NCBI GenBank assembly: GCA_963422375.2
Contig: CAXXKD010000001.1
Span: 96,001-160,000 of the forward strand
From: Bryobacterales bacterium
GTDB lineage: Bacteria > Acidobacteriota > Terriglobia > Bryobacterales > UBA6623
Reading direction: 5' to 3'
Length of the DNA: 64,000 nt
Shown: in pieces, positions 19,525 to 29,351 of the stretch
How positions within the stretch are numbered: position 1 is the stretch's first letter
Layout: every line of letters begins with the position of its first letter
Program-made: the position numbers and the translations under genes
The notes under the pieces: generated by a model
Databases searched by the model: none
The model's input: only the letters and a program-made list of their open reading frames with translations
What the model was told of the DNA's origin: nothing

Positions 19525-20857
19525 GCGGCGCCCGCCGCGCTGAGCGCGGCAGCCCGCTGCGGGCGCGCGCTTCACGCTCGGTGCACTTCACGCTCGGTGC
19601 GAGGGTCGCAGCGGATCCGGCATGCCCCGGTGCGACCCCGGTCCGGCCCGGACCGTCCATGCAGGCCGTCGAGCGCCGGGGATCCGCTGTCTTCGGCCCT
19701 CGCAGGGCTTGCAAGCGGCTTGCAAGGGGTGCCCTGCCACCGCCAACCGGGTTCCACCGGGGCATGCGAGGTGGCCTCTCTAGTCCGTTCCTCGTCAAAC
19801 CCGTTGGCAGGCTCGATTCAGATACGATCCCACCCCTCCGTGCCTGCCGCGGCCGCACTCGAATGACCCGAGCTCGACACCGACCTCCCTGCGCAGAGCA
19901 GTTCTCGTCGGACATGGCGTCGTCGGCACTCAGATATATAATTCCCTAAGAATGCCTCGTGAACGTCTTATCACGGAGATCGTATCCATCGAAACACCAC
20001 GCAAGTGACTATTCATATTCCCCAGAATAACTCCCGATTACTACAAGAAATTAGGATCGATATGGGATTGTTCATGTCTAGGAATGGCCGCAGTTAGTCG
20101 TTGTCATGGGATGTGATGGTTGCGTCCACTTCCTAGAATCGATTGATCTGTCGCTTTGCTAGGTTGAGGACAGTTGCGAGATGATCATCAGTTAGAATTC
20201 TCAGAGCTTCTACTATATGTTGCGCCGTCTTGACATTGAGAGGGTAGAGATCAGGATTCCAAGACAGCTGAGAAGGCGGCAGAGGCCCGACGCCTCGAAC
20301 AGACGCCATCAGGTGCATCCTAGCGAGCTCCTCGACACCGAGTTGTCCCGGTTGTTCTCCAACTGACCATGGGGCTGAGCCGAGAAAGTTCACGATCCTT
20401 CCGTCGGAGACGTAGCCTTGCTAGGTGCCCACGTTGCATAGCATTCGCTCCTGCTGTGACTCGAATGACTCGCGTCCCGCGCGCAGAATGCGAGTGAACC
20501 CACCTCGACCAACTTCTCCGTGCCTGGCGGGCGCCATCTCTCCACGGAGCTCACGTTGACGCCTAGGCAGATCGATCTGCGTCCGCCCGCTGGCACCGGT
20601 GCCATGTGATCTGATTCTGAGCCGTCCGCTAGATCGCATGTCGGAAGCGGTGCGGCAACGGTCGGTTCGACTGGCTCGAATGGCTCGGCCGTCGGGCCGG
20701 CGGCTGTGCCTGCTCTCAGCGAGCGCGCATTGGCTGCGCTTGGAACTGAGCTCTGAGAGCAGGATTCCGGGCTAGGCGCCGCGGATCTGTCGGGCGACCG
20801 TACCGCCTTGACCCGCTGCCGTCAAGGGCTTGTCGGCGCCCTTGCTAAGATCGGATT

Positions 20858-22015
20858 GTGGCCTTCGTATCCGTTGAGGAGGCGCTTGAAGAGTTTCGCC
20901 GGGGCCGCATGATCGTCGTTGTCGACGACGCGGACCGAGAGAACGAAGGGGACCTAACGCTCGGCGCGGAACACGCCACGCCCGAGGCGATCAATTTTAT
21001 GGCCAGGCACGGCCGAGGGCTGATCTGCCTCGCCATGACCGAGCAGCGCTTGGACCATCTCGGGATTCCCTTGGTCTCGCAGCGGAATACGTCGATGTTC
21101 GGCACGGCCTTCAGCGAGCCGATCGATGCGGCGCGCGGAGTGACGACCGGCATCTCGGCTGCGGACCGCTCGCATACCATTCGAGTGGCGACCGCGCCGG
21201 GGACGCGCGCCGCCGATCTGGCCCGGCCCGGTCACGTGCAGACCCTGCGAGCGCGCCGGGGCGGCGTGCTTGTGAGGGCCGGTCAAACAGAGGCGGCTGT
21301 CGACCTTGCCCGCTTGGCGGGGCTAGTGCCGGCAGGCGTGATCTGCGAGATCATGAATGACGACGGAACCATGGCCCGCGTCCCGGACTTGCTGGAGTTC
21401 TGCCGGACGCATGGCATGAAAATGCTCGCGGTCGCGAGCCTGATTCGCTACCGTCTCGAGCACGAGACCTTCGTTAGGCGCGCCGCGGAAGGCTTGGTCG
21501 AGACCGAGTTCGGCGAGTTCAGGGTCGTCGCCTACCGGACCGACTTGGATGACGAGGTCCATCTGGCGCTCGTCGCGGGCGACTTAGAGAGCGTCGATTG
21601 CGCCATGGTGCGCATGCACTCGCAGGACCTGTTCGGAGACGTGTTCGGCTCCGTCTTGAATCCTAGCTATCGGCAGGTGCATGACTCGCTGCGCATGATT
21701 GCTGACAATGGCGCGGGAGCGCTGGTCTACCTGCATCACGGCGCGCTGGGATTCGACGTCGACGAGCAGGCGGAACGCAGCGGCACGATCCGGCCGCACC
21801 CGCAGCTGGCGCGCGGGCCTGCGGCGCGCCCGGGCTCGCGCCTGCAATACAGGGTCGGCATCGGCGCCCAGATACTCAAGGATCTCGGACTGACGAGGAT
21901 CCGTCTCCTGACCAACCGCCCGCGGCGCGTCGCCGGGCTGGAGGGATTCGGAATTCAGATCGTCGAACAGACCCCCATTCGCACTGCGGACGGCGCGGTG
22001 CTCGCGGCTCGCTAG
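20858..22015 (+). CDS. ribB: 3,4-dihydroxy-2-butanone-4-phosphate synthase fused to a degenerate GTP cyclohydrolase II domain (RibBX-like)
   Basis: DDADRENEGDL, TTGISAADR, RPGHV, RAGQTEA, ICEIMNDDG; C-terminal VRMHSQDLFGDVFGS lacks the Zn cysteines. Confidence 0.93.
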   Translation: MAFVSVEEALEEFRRGRMIVVVDDADRENEGDLTLGAEHATPEAINFMARHGRGLICLAMTEQRLDHLGIPLVSQRNTSMFGTAFSEPIDAARGVTTGISAADRSHTIRVATAPGTRAADLARPGHVQTLRARRGGVLVRAGQTEAAVDLARLAGLVPAGVICEIMNDDGTMARVPDLLEFCRTHGMKMLAVASLIRYRLEHETFVRRAAEGLVETEFGEFRVVAYRTDLDDEVHLALVAGDLESVDCAMVRMHSQDLFGDVFGSVLNPSYRQVHDSLRMIADNGAGALVYLHHGALGFDVDEQAERSGTIRPHPQLARGPAARPGSRLQYRVGIGAQILKDLGLTRIRLLTNRPRRVAGLEGFGIQIVEQTPIRTADGAVLAAR

Positions 22016-23307
22016 CGCCTCTGCGACCCGATCGCCCTCGTCAAGTCGCTCGGAAGGCCGCCGGCCCGCATCGCCTGCCGTTCGCGCTCTGCGATCTGCC
22101 TGTGCAGTTCCCGCTCCCGCTTGGCCTCCCTGCTCTTGCCGAGCCGCTGGTAGACCCGCGCGAGCCGGTAGTGCGGCTTGGACGAGTCCGGATTGAGGCT
22201 GGCGGCGCGTTCCAGATGATCCCGGGCTGATTCGAAGTCGCGCCGCTTGTCCAGCAGCACGCCCAGCTCGTAGTGTGCCTCCCAGAAGTCGTCCTTGCGC
22301 TTGATGGACTCCCGCAGCAGGGCTTCGATCCCTGCCATGGCCCCGGGGTCGGGGCGCGGTCCGAGCCGGGCCAGCTGCACCTGGCCGTACAGGAAGGGGC
22401 CGAAGTGGGTCTCGGAGTGCTCCTCGTGGAAGATCCGCAGGCGCCCCTCGACGTCGTCGATGCGCTTGCCCGCGTGCTGCAGCAGGCGTCCGAGGAATGC
22501 GTGCGGCTGTTCCATGCCCGGGGCGAGCTCGGCCGCCCGCAGGAACCGTTCCACGGCCTCGTCGAAGCGGCGCTGGCCGTACGCGGCGATGCCCAGCCCG
22601 ATCTCGATCGCGACGCTCTTGTCGAAGAACCTGCGGCCGACGAGAAAGGCCTGGCGGGCGGCTTCGAAGTCCTGCCGCCGCAGGAAGAAGTAGCCGAGGT
22701 CGTAGTGCAGCGATTCTTCGTACGGTTCCGACTCGACTGCCTGCCTGAGGTGACGCAATCCCTCCGCGGGCCGGTCCGACATCGCATAGGCCTTGCCGAG
22801 GGCGTTATGCAGCGCGGCGGACTCGCCCAACTCTAGCGCCGCCTTTCCGACCTCGGTGGCTCGCAGGGGCATGCCGGCCTGCAGGTACAGCGAGACCGTG
22901 CGGAGAAACGCCTCCGGGTCCTCTCTCGCTCGCGCGAATCTCTCCTCCCACTGCGCCGCTTCGGCCGTCTCGCCGTAGTCGCTGTAGAACATCGCTAGCG
23001 CGTGCTGGATGAGAGGATCGTCCTCGCCCCGCCTGGCGGCCTCGGCCGCGTGCCTGGCGGCCTGCGCGTGCAGGTTCAGCGTGACGTAGACCTGCGCCAG
23101 GCCGATCCACGCGCGCGCCTCGTCCGGGGACTGCTGGATTACGCGTTCCAGGATTTCCTGCGCTTTGGGCAGGTCGCGCGCCTGGAGGGCGATGAGTCCC
23201 TGACGGATCATCGCCTCGGTGGGAGAGCCGTCCGGCTGGGCGCTCGCCGCAGCGCTCGCGCAAAGCGCGAGCGCCCAGCACGCCAGCCACGCTCGGAACC
23301 GCGACAC
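22012..23307 (-). CDS. Exported tetratricopeptide-repeat protein
   Basis: Signal peptide-like N-terminus after GTG 23307; multiple TPR helices (AWIGLAQVY, LHNALGKAY, AHYELGVLL, PHYRLARVYQRLG). Confidence 0.88.
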   Translation of the reverse strand: MSRFRAWLACWALALCASAAASAQPDGSPTEAMIRQGLIALQARDLPKAQEILERVIQQSPDEARAWIGLAQVYVTLNLHAQAARHAAEAARRGEDDPLIQHALAMFYSDYGETAEAAQWEERFARAREDPEAFLRTVSLYLQAGMPLRATEVGKAALELGESAALHNALGKAYAMSDRPAEGLRHLRQAVESEPYEESLHYDLGYFFLRRQDFEAARQAFLVGRRFFDKSVAIEIGLGIAAYGQRRFDEAVERFLRAAELAPGMEQPHAFLGRLLQHAGKRIDDVEGRLRIFHEEHSETHFGPFLYGQVQLARLGPRPDPGAMAGIEALLRESIKRKDDFWEAHYELGVLLDKRRDFESARDHLERAASLNPDSSKPHYRLARVYQRLGKSREAKRERELHRQIAERERQAMRAGGLPSDLTRAIGSQRR

Positions 23308-23370
23308 CGAATTCCAATATAGATCGTCGGCACCCGCCGGGCGCTCGGCGCCTTCGATACACTGCACTGG

Positions 23371-24924
23371 ATGCTCCGAAAACCGTTGGCCGGCGGGGCC
23401 GTCTGCCTCCTCCTTGCAGCCTGCTCTTCGACCGGCGCGTCCGATCGTCCGAACATCCTCTTCGCGATCTGGGACGACGTATCGTATCCCCACGTTTCCG
23501 CCGCAGGCTCGAAGATGGTCTCGACACCTGTCTTCGACCGTGTCGCGTCGGACGGAGTGCTGTTCCGCAACGCATACGCGCCCGCGCCCGGTTGCAGCCC
23601 GACGCGGGCTGCGTTCCTGACGGGGCGTCATATCTGGATGATCGAGCAGGCGGGCACGCACGCCAGCTCGTTCCCGCGAGCCTACGTGTCCTATCAGGAC
23701 CTGTTGGAGGAGGCGGGCTACGCCGTCGGCTACACCGGCAAGCCTTGGGGGCCCGGCAGGTGGGAGAAGTCGGGCCGCACCCGCAACCCGGCCGGGCCGG
23801 GGTACACGGAGAAGACCTTGGACCCGCCGTACGACGGCATGCGCGACTGGGACTACGCTGCCAATTTCGAGGCCTTCTTCGAGTCCAAGCCCGAGGGGCG
23901 GCCCTTCAGCTTCTGGGTCGGCGGGAGCGAAGCGCACCGGCGGTTCGAGAAGGGCTCGTGGAAGAAGGCCGGGAAACGGCTAGAGGACGCCGAAGTGCCG
24001 GCGTTCTTGCCGGACGTCCCGGAGATTCGCGAAGACTTGCTCGACTACGCCGTCGAGATCGAGTGGTTCGACTCGCAGGTCGGACGCATTCTCGACTTCC
24101 TCGAGCAGAAGGAACAGATCGACAGCACGCTGGTGATCTTCACATCCGACAACGGAATGGCCTTTCCGCGAGCGAAGGCCAATCTCTACGACTACGGCAT
24201 CCACATGCCGCTGGCGGTCCGCTGGGCGGGCACGGGCCGGGCGGGCCGGGCGGGCCGGGCGGTGGACGACATCGTGCAGTTTGTGGACCTCACGGCTACG
24301 ATCTTGGACTTGGCTGGAGTGCGCCACCCCGGCGGCACCTCCGCGCCGGTCGGACGAAGCGTCCGCGGCATTCTCGAGTCAAGCGACGACGGCCTAGTGG
24401 ACTCCACCCGCACTCGGGCCTATTCGGGACGCGAGCGGCACTCCTCGTCCCGCTGGGCCAACCTGACGTACCCGCAGCGGTCGATGCGAACCCCGCAACA
24501 CCTCTACATTCGCAACTTCAAGCCGCAGCGCTGGCCCGCCGGCGCGCCGCAGAAGTACGCCGCCGACGGTCGGCTGGAGCCTATGCACGGGGCCTACCAC
24601 GACATTGACGCGTCCCCGACCCTGACCAGGTTGGTCGAGGGGCGCGCCGAGGAAGGCGTCGAGCAGTACCTTGAATGGGCGGTCGGCAAGCGCCCGGCGG
24701 AGGAGCTGTTTGATGTCGAGGCCGACCCCGGCTGCCTCGACAACCTCGCGCTCAAACCCGAGCACGCGATGCTCCTCGGTGAGCTCCGGGACGAGCTGGA
24801 TGCCTACCTGCGCGAGACCGGCGATCCGCGGGCGACGAGCGCTGGCGGCATCTGGGACGACTACATCCGCTACTCGCCCGTGCGGGTCTTCCCCAAGCCG
24901 CCCGACTACGGCCCGGAATACTGA
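23371..24924 (+). CDS. Sulfatase (N-sulfoglucosamine sulfohydrolase-like), probable lipoprotein
   Basis: RPNILFAIWDD, CSPTRAAFLTGR formylglycine motif, FTSDNGMAFPRAKANLYD; lipobox LAAC. Confidence 0.92.
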   Translation: MLRKPLAGGAVCLLLAACSSTGASDRPNILFAIWDDVSYPHVSAAGSKMVSTPVFDRVASDGVLFRNAYAPAPGCSPTRAAFLTGRHIWMIEQAGTHASSFPRAYVSYQDLLEEAGYAVGYTGKPWGPGRWEKSGRTRNPAGPGYTEKTLDPPYDGMRDWDYAANFEAFFESKPEGRPFSFWVGGSEAHRRFEKGSWKKAGKRLEDAEVPAFLPDVPEIREDLLDYAVEIEWFDSQVGRILDFLEQKEQIDSTLVIFTSDNGMAFPRAKANLYDYGIHMPLAVRWAGTGRAGRAGRAVDDIVQFVDLTATILDLAGVRHPGGTSAPVGRSVRGILESSDDGLVDSTRTRAYSGRERHSSSRWANLTYPQRSMRTPQHLYIRNFKPQRWPAGAPQKYAADGRLEPMHGAYHDIDASPTLTRLVEGRAEEGVEQYLEWAVGKRPAEELFDVEADPGCLDNLALKPEHAMLLGELRDELDAYLRETGDPRATSAGGIWDDYIRYSPVRVFPKPPDYGPEY

Positions 24925-24979
24925 TTCGCCGGACAGGCGCGAGGGCGTGGGCGGTCGCGCCCTCGGAGCCGCCGCGGGC

Positions 24980-25666
24980 TCACGCCCCGTGAAGCAGGCG
25001 GACCGCTATCCGCAGTACCGGCCGGAACAAGACGGCGATGAAACACCAGGCTAGGAACAGGCCTAGAATTCCGAAGACTTGGTCTCGCGTGAGGCTGAAC
25101 CACCGTCTGGCGGCATGTTCCGGCATCAGCAGGCCGATCGCGGTATTGCCGTCCAGCGGGGGGACAGGCAGCAGGTTGAACGTCATCAGCAGGACGTTTT
25201 GAGTGAACAGGATGCTCAGGAACTGAGCGATCGGGGCCAGGTCGCCCGAGGCATCGACGACCTTGAAGAAGGTGATCGACGCTGGCACCTCGAATCCGCC
25301 CGTGGCCACGCCCACCCTGATCAGCACGGCCGCCGCGAAAGCCAGCAGGAGATTCGCGGCCGGTCCGGCCAGTGCCATCCACCCAGCCCTGCGAGGGTAC
25401 CGCTGCTCCCACATCGCGCTGTACGGGGCGGACGCCCATCCGATCATCCAGTTGTTGATGGCGAATGTCAGCAACGGGACCGCGACGGTCCCCAGGGGCT
25501 CGCGTCGGATGTGGGGCAGGGGATTGAGCGTGACCTGCCCGGCCGCGGCGGCGGTGTCGTCTCCGCCCTTCAGCGCGGCGAGCGCGTGCGCTGCTTCGTG
25601 GCACGTCAGCGAGAGCAGGAACGCTACGTACCACAGGCCGCCGAGGGCTATCAGGTGGGGGTCCAT
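24980..25666 (-). CDS. Site-2 protease, M50 family
   Basis: HEAAH, ALAGPAAN, FNLLPVPPLDG; hydrophobic. Confidence 0.93.
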   Translation of the reverse strand: MDPHLIALGGLWYVAFLLSLTCHEAAHALAALKGGDDTAAAAGQVTLNPLPHIRREPLGTVAVPLLTFAINNWMIGWASAPYSAMWEQRYPRRAGWMALAGPAANLLLAFAAAVLIRVGVATGGFEVPASITFFKVVDASGDLAPIAQFLSILFTQNVLLMTFNLLPVPPLDGNTAIGLLMPEHAARRWFSLTRDQVFGILGLFLAWCFIAVLFRPVLRIAVRLLHGA

Positions 25667-25699
25667 GGCGGATTCGCTCAGTCTATCCCAGCGAAGCGG

Positions 25700-27214
25700 T
25701 CAGCGTGACCGCCCGGCGTTGCGGACCCTATCCAGGTCCCGGCGCAGTTCCGCGGCCTTCGCTTGTCTCGAGACGGCCAGATTGCGACGCTCGCCGGGAT
25801 CCTCGCTGAGGAGGTAGAGCTGCGACGGGTGTTCCTCCGAGGGGCCGAGGATACGCCCCTTGGGGGAGGAGAATCCGCCGCTGCCGTCTCCGAGGATCAG
25901 CTTCCACGGGCCCTTCCGGACGGCGAACAGGCCCGCGAGGCTGTGATGGACGGTGAGCTTGCGCGCATGCGCCCCACTTCCGGTCAGCGCCGGCAGGAGG
26001 CTGTGGCTGTCCTCGCCAGAGCCGTCGGGCATGTCGAAGCCCACGATCTCGCTGAACGTGGCGAAGAGATCCGTCAGGCATACCGTGCGCTGGGAGACCG
26101 CTGCCGGCGGCACGGTGCCGTCCCAGCGGACGACCAAGGGCACTCGGTGACCCGCTTCCCAGGCGTCGGCCTTCAGCCCGCGCCAGGGAGCGTTGGGCAC
26201 ATGCGAATAGAGTTCCGTTACCGTGCGCGTCGCTCCGAAGCTACCGATGCCGCTTCGCGCCGGCGACCCGTTGTCGGAAGTGAAGACCACGACCGTGTTC
26301 TCGATGGTGCCGGTCCTCTCGAGGACCGCGACGACCTTGCCGAGGATCGCGTCCATCTGGTGGACCCAGTCCCCGTAGGGCCCGGCCTCGCTCTTGCCCC
26401 TGTGCTCGGCGCTCGGAACGATGGGAGTATGCGGGCCAAGTAGCGGCATGAACAGGAAGAACGGCGTGTCCGGAGCGGCCGCTCGATCCTCGAGCCACTG
26501 GATCGCCCGTGCGGTGATGGTGGGCTGGGCGGCCCAGAGATCCCATCGGGGCATCATCGGGCCGGCGCGCTGGCCCTTGTTCGCAGGCATCCGGTCGGCC
26601 GGATTGTCGAGCACGCGGTCGTTCTCGATGAACGCGTACGGCGGGAAGTTCGGCACGTCGTCCCCGAAGTAGTAGTCGAATCCGCGGGTGACGGGCCCCT
26701 CCTTGACCGGCCTGGCAAAGTCGATCCGCTGCCCGTAGGTCTCGTAGTTCGGGCCGACGTTGACCCCCTCCAACTCGTCGGAAAGGTAGCCGCCCCCTTG
26801 CACCGGCCAGTCCCAGCCGAGGTGCCACTTGCCAATGCAGGCGGTCGCGTAGCCCTTGGACTGCAGCGCCTTGCCGAGAGTGAGGCGGTCCCGGGCGATG
26901 ACCGGGCCGCCCCAGCTGTTGACAATCCCGACCGGGAGGCGCGACCGCCACGGATACCGGCCGGTGAGCAGGCCGTAGCGCGAGGGCGTGCAAACGGAAG
27001 AAGTCGCGTGCGCGTCGGTGAAGCGCATGCCGCGGGCGGCGAGGGCGTCGATATGAGGTGTCGGGATGCGTGATCGCGGATTGTAGACGCGCGGGTCGCC
27101 AAAGCCCATGTCGTCCGCGAAGACGATGACTAAGTTCGGAAGGCGCGCTGCAGCGGGGGCGAACGCGCCAATCGACAGCAGGAGCGCGCTTGCAGACGTC
27201 AGGCGGCGCAACAC
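25700..27214 (-). CDS. Arylsulfatase A-like sulfatase
   Basis: PNLVIVFADDMGFGD, CTPSRYGLLTGRY, GKWHLG, FTSDNG, WEAGHRVP; signal peptide. Confidence 0.93.
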   Translation of the reverse strand: MLRRLTSASALLLSIGAFAPAAARLPNLVIVFADDMGFGDPRVYNPRSRIPTPHIDALAARGMRFTDAHATSSVCTPSRYGLLTGRYPWRSRLPVGIVNSWGGPVIARDRLTLGKALQSKGYATACIGKWHLGWDWPVQGGGYLSDELEGVNVGPNYETYGQRIDFARPVKEGPVTRGFDYYFGDDVPNFPPYAFIENDRVLDNPADRMPANKGQRAGPMMPRWDLWAAQPTITARAIQWLEDRAAAPDTPFFLFMPLLGPHTPIVPSAEHRGKSEAGPYGDWVHQMDAILGKVVAVLERTGTIENTVVVFTSDNGSPARSGIGSFGATRTVTELYSHVPNAPWRGLKADAWEAGHRVPLVVRWDGTVPPAAVSQRTVCLTDLFATFSEIVGFDMPDGSGEDSHSLLPALTGSGAHARKLTVHHSLAGLFAVRKGPWKLILGDGSGGFSSPKGRILGPSEEHPSQLYLLSEDPGERRNLAVSRQAKAAELRRDLDRVRNAGRSR

Positions 27215-27449
27215 GAAATTTCGAGTCTACCAGCGTTTCGCGAGAAGGTCTGAGACGGCCGGCCCCGCGCCGAGCTCCTCGCTTTGCGTCGCGGTTGCAC
27301 CACCGCCGGCGGTGCCGGGAAGGCCATGGCGCCGCGCCGGCGGCCGGTCCTAGCCGAGTCGCGGAACCCGTCGCGAGCGCCGGTTCGGCAGCTTCCGCCG
27401 GGCTTCAGGCGGGTGTCCCTCCGGCAGGGGCGCGATATGATCCTCTTCT

Positions 27450-29351
27450 GTGAGCGAGCCGATCATTCTCACCGTCGCCACTCTCGGCTGCGCGGCGTAC
27501 TTCGCCGCGGCCGTGTACCGGCGTCTCCAGCCTCTGCGGACGGCGAAGGAGCGCAATCTCCGCTTCGACCGGCTGGGCCGGCGCCTGTGGGCGGTGCTCG
27601 CGGAGGTGGTCCTGCAATCCAGAGTGATCCGCGAGCGACCCGCGGCCGGAATCCTGCACGCCCTCGTGATGTGGGGATTCTTCGCTTTCGCGTGGGTCAG
27701 CCTGGAGCACTTCGCCGTCGGATTCCGGGGACTGGATGCGGTCGCCGGCGGCTCCTCTTGGTACGCCGCCTTCGCGGGCGCGTGGGCGGTTGCCGTGCTG
27801 GCCGGAATCCTCGGGCTGAGTTTCCGTCGTTTCGTCCTGCGCCCGCGGGCGCTTGGCGAGAGGCTGTCGGGCAGCTCGGCCCTCGTGGCCTTCCTAATTG
27901 CCGTTCTAATGGCTACCTATCTCGCGGACTGGCTGGCGCTCGAGCCGCCGTCGTCGGCCTGGCGGGCCAACTGGTGGGCGCACACCGCCGCGCTGCTCGG
28001 GATGCTCCTGCTGATTCCGAACTCCAAGCACCTGCATCTCGTGCTCGCTCCTCTAGCGATATTCTTCCGCGGTGACGTAACCAGTTCGGTCCGTGCGCTG
28101 CGCGACGAGGATGACGACGATCTCGGCATGCTCGCCTTTTCCGACCTCTCGCAGAAGGACATCCTCGACTTGAACTCGTGCGTCGAATGCGGGCGCTGCA
28201 CCGAGAGCTGCCCGGCGAACGCGGTCGGCGGCTCGCTCGATCCGAAGAACATCGTCCTGCAGATGCAGAAGGGCCTGCTTGCCGGAGGGGACGTGATCGC
28301 TGCGGACGAGTCGCTCGTCGACAGGGGCGAGGCGTGGGTAAGCGAGCGGGATCTCTACCAGTGCCTGTCCTGCGGCGCCTGCGAGCAGTCCTGCCCCGTC
28401 GGGATCGAGCATGTGGGCCTCAAGATCCTCGACCTGCGCCGCGGCCTGGTCAGCGAGGGACGGACCGCGAGCGACAGGCTGCGGGCCATGTTCACCACGA
28501 TGGAGCGAGCGCCTCACAATGCTTGGGGCGTCTCGCAGCAGGTGCGCCGGAAGCTGCTCGAGACGGAGCGCCTGCCGATCTTCGACAGCAAGTCCGAATG
28601 GCTTTTCTGGCTAGGCTGCGGGTGCAGCTACGACTCGAACGGCCACGGTGTCGTGCGCTCGATGCGAACGATCCTCGATGCCGCGGGCGTTTCGTGGGGC
28701 GTTCTCGCATCCGAGAGCTGCTGCGGAGAGCCCGCGCGCCGCGCCGGGAACGAAGGTATCTACTTCGACCTTTCCGAGAAGGTGATCGGGTCGCTGCGCT
28801 CGCAGGGCGTGAAAAGGATCGTGACGTGCGACCCGCATTGCGCCCGTATGTTCGACGCGGACTACCGCCAGCAGCCGGAGTTTCGGGACTCGGGCATCGA
28901 GGTTCTGCATCACACGGAGCTGCTGGCCCGTCTGGTCGGCTCGCTACCGCTGGAGAGCGCCGCGGGCAAGGTCACCCTGCACGACCCGTGCTACTTGGCG
29001 CGGGGCCGGGGAGTCGTCGAGCAGCCGCGCCAGGTGCTGCGGGCCGCGGGCGCCGATCTGGTGGAAATGCGACGGCACGGCGCGGGCACGTTCTGCTGCG
29101 GGGCCGGCGGCGCCCAGCTGTACATCGCCGACGACAGCGTCGAGCTGCCGGGTGGGCGCGTCAACCACAAGCGATTCGACCAGGCCCGGGCCACCGGCGC
29201 CCGGACGGTCGCCGTGGCTTGTCCCTACTGCGGCATCATGCTCCGCGACGCCGCCGGCCGGGCGGGGCGCGACGATATCCGCGTGGCGGACGTCGCCGAG
29301 CTCGTGGCCGCGGGCCTCGCGCGGCGCGACGGCGCTCCGGCTATCGGTTGA
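27450..29351 (+). CDS. Membrane-anchored Fe-S oxidoreductase (HdrD/GlpC/FadF-like, CCG domains)
   Basis: N-terminal TM helices, CVECGRCTESCP and CLSCGACEQSCP, CCGEPARRAG, HDPCYLAR, CCGAGG, ACPYC. Confidence 0.9.
   Translation: MSEPIILTVATLGCAAYFAAAVYRRLQPLRTAKERNLRFDRLGRRLWAVLAEVVLQSRVIRERPAAGILHALVMWGFFAFAWVSLEHFAVGFRGLDAVAGGSSWYAAFAGAWAVAVLAGILGLSFRRFVLRPRALGERLSGSSALVAFLIAVLMATYLADWLALEPPSSAWRANWWAHTAALLGMLLLIPNSKHLHLVLAPLAIFFRGDVTSSVRALRDEDDDDLGMLAFSDLSQKDILDLNSCVECGRCTESCPANAVGGSLDPKNIVLQMQKGLLAGGDVIAADESLVDRGEAWVSERDLYQCLSCGACEQSCPVGIEHVGLKILDLRRGLVSEGRTASDRLRAMFTTMERAPHNAWGVSQQVRRKLLETERLPIFDSKSEWLFWLGCGCSYDSNGHGVVRSMRTILDAAGVSWGVLASESCCGEPARRAGNEGIYFDLSEKVIGSLRSQGVKRIVTCDPHCARMFDADYRQQPEFRDSGIEVLHHTELLARLVGSLPLESAAGKVTLHDPCYLARGRGVVEQPRQVLRAAGADLVEMRRHGAGTFCCGAGGAQLYIADDSVELPGGRVNHKRFDQARATGARTVAVACPYCGIMLRDAAGRAGRDDIRVADVAELVAAGLARRDGAPAIG

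Larger units (their letters stand above)
18419..19946 (+). mobile_element. IS1595-family element copy 2, full length (1528 bp)
   Basis: Perfect 24-bp terminal IRs GGGAATTATATATCTGAGTGCCGA; 8-bp target duplication TAAGAATG at 18411-18418 and 19947-19954. Confidence 0.96.

Noticed and set aside
15888..19946. Composite transposon formed by IS1595 copies 1 and 2
   Set aside because: Copy 2 has its own TSD, indicating an independent insertion, and copy 1 lacks its outer IR.
20133..20393. 86-aa lower-GC ORF as an intact gene
   Set aside because: No recognisable family or clear RBS; kept only as a possible remnant within the island finding.
20400..20857. FMN riboswitch upstream of ribB
   Set aside because: The conserved RFN core sequences are not present.
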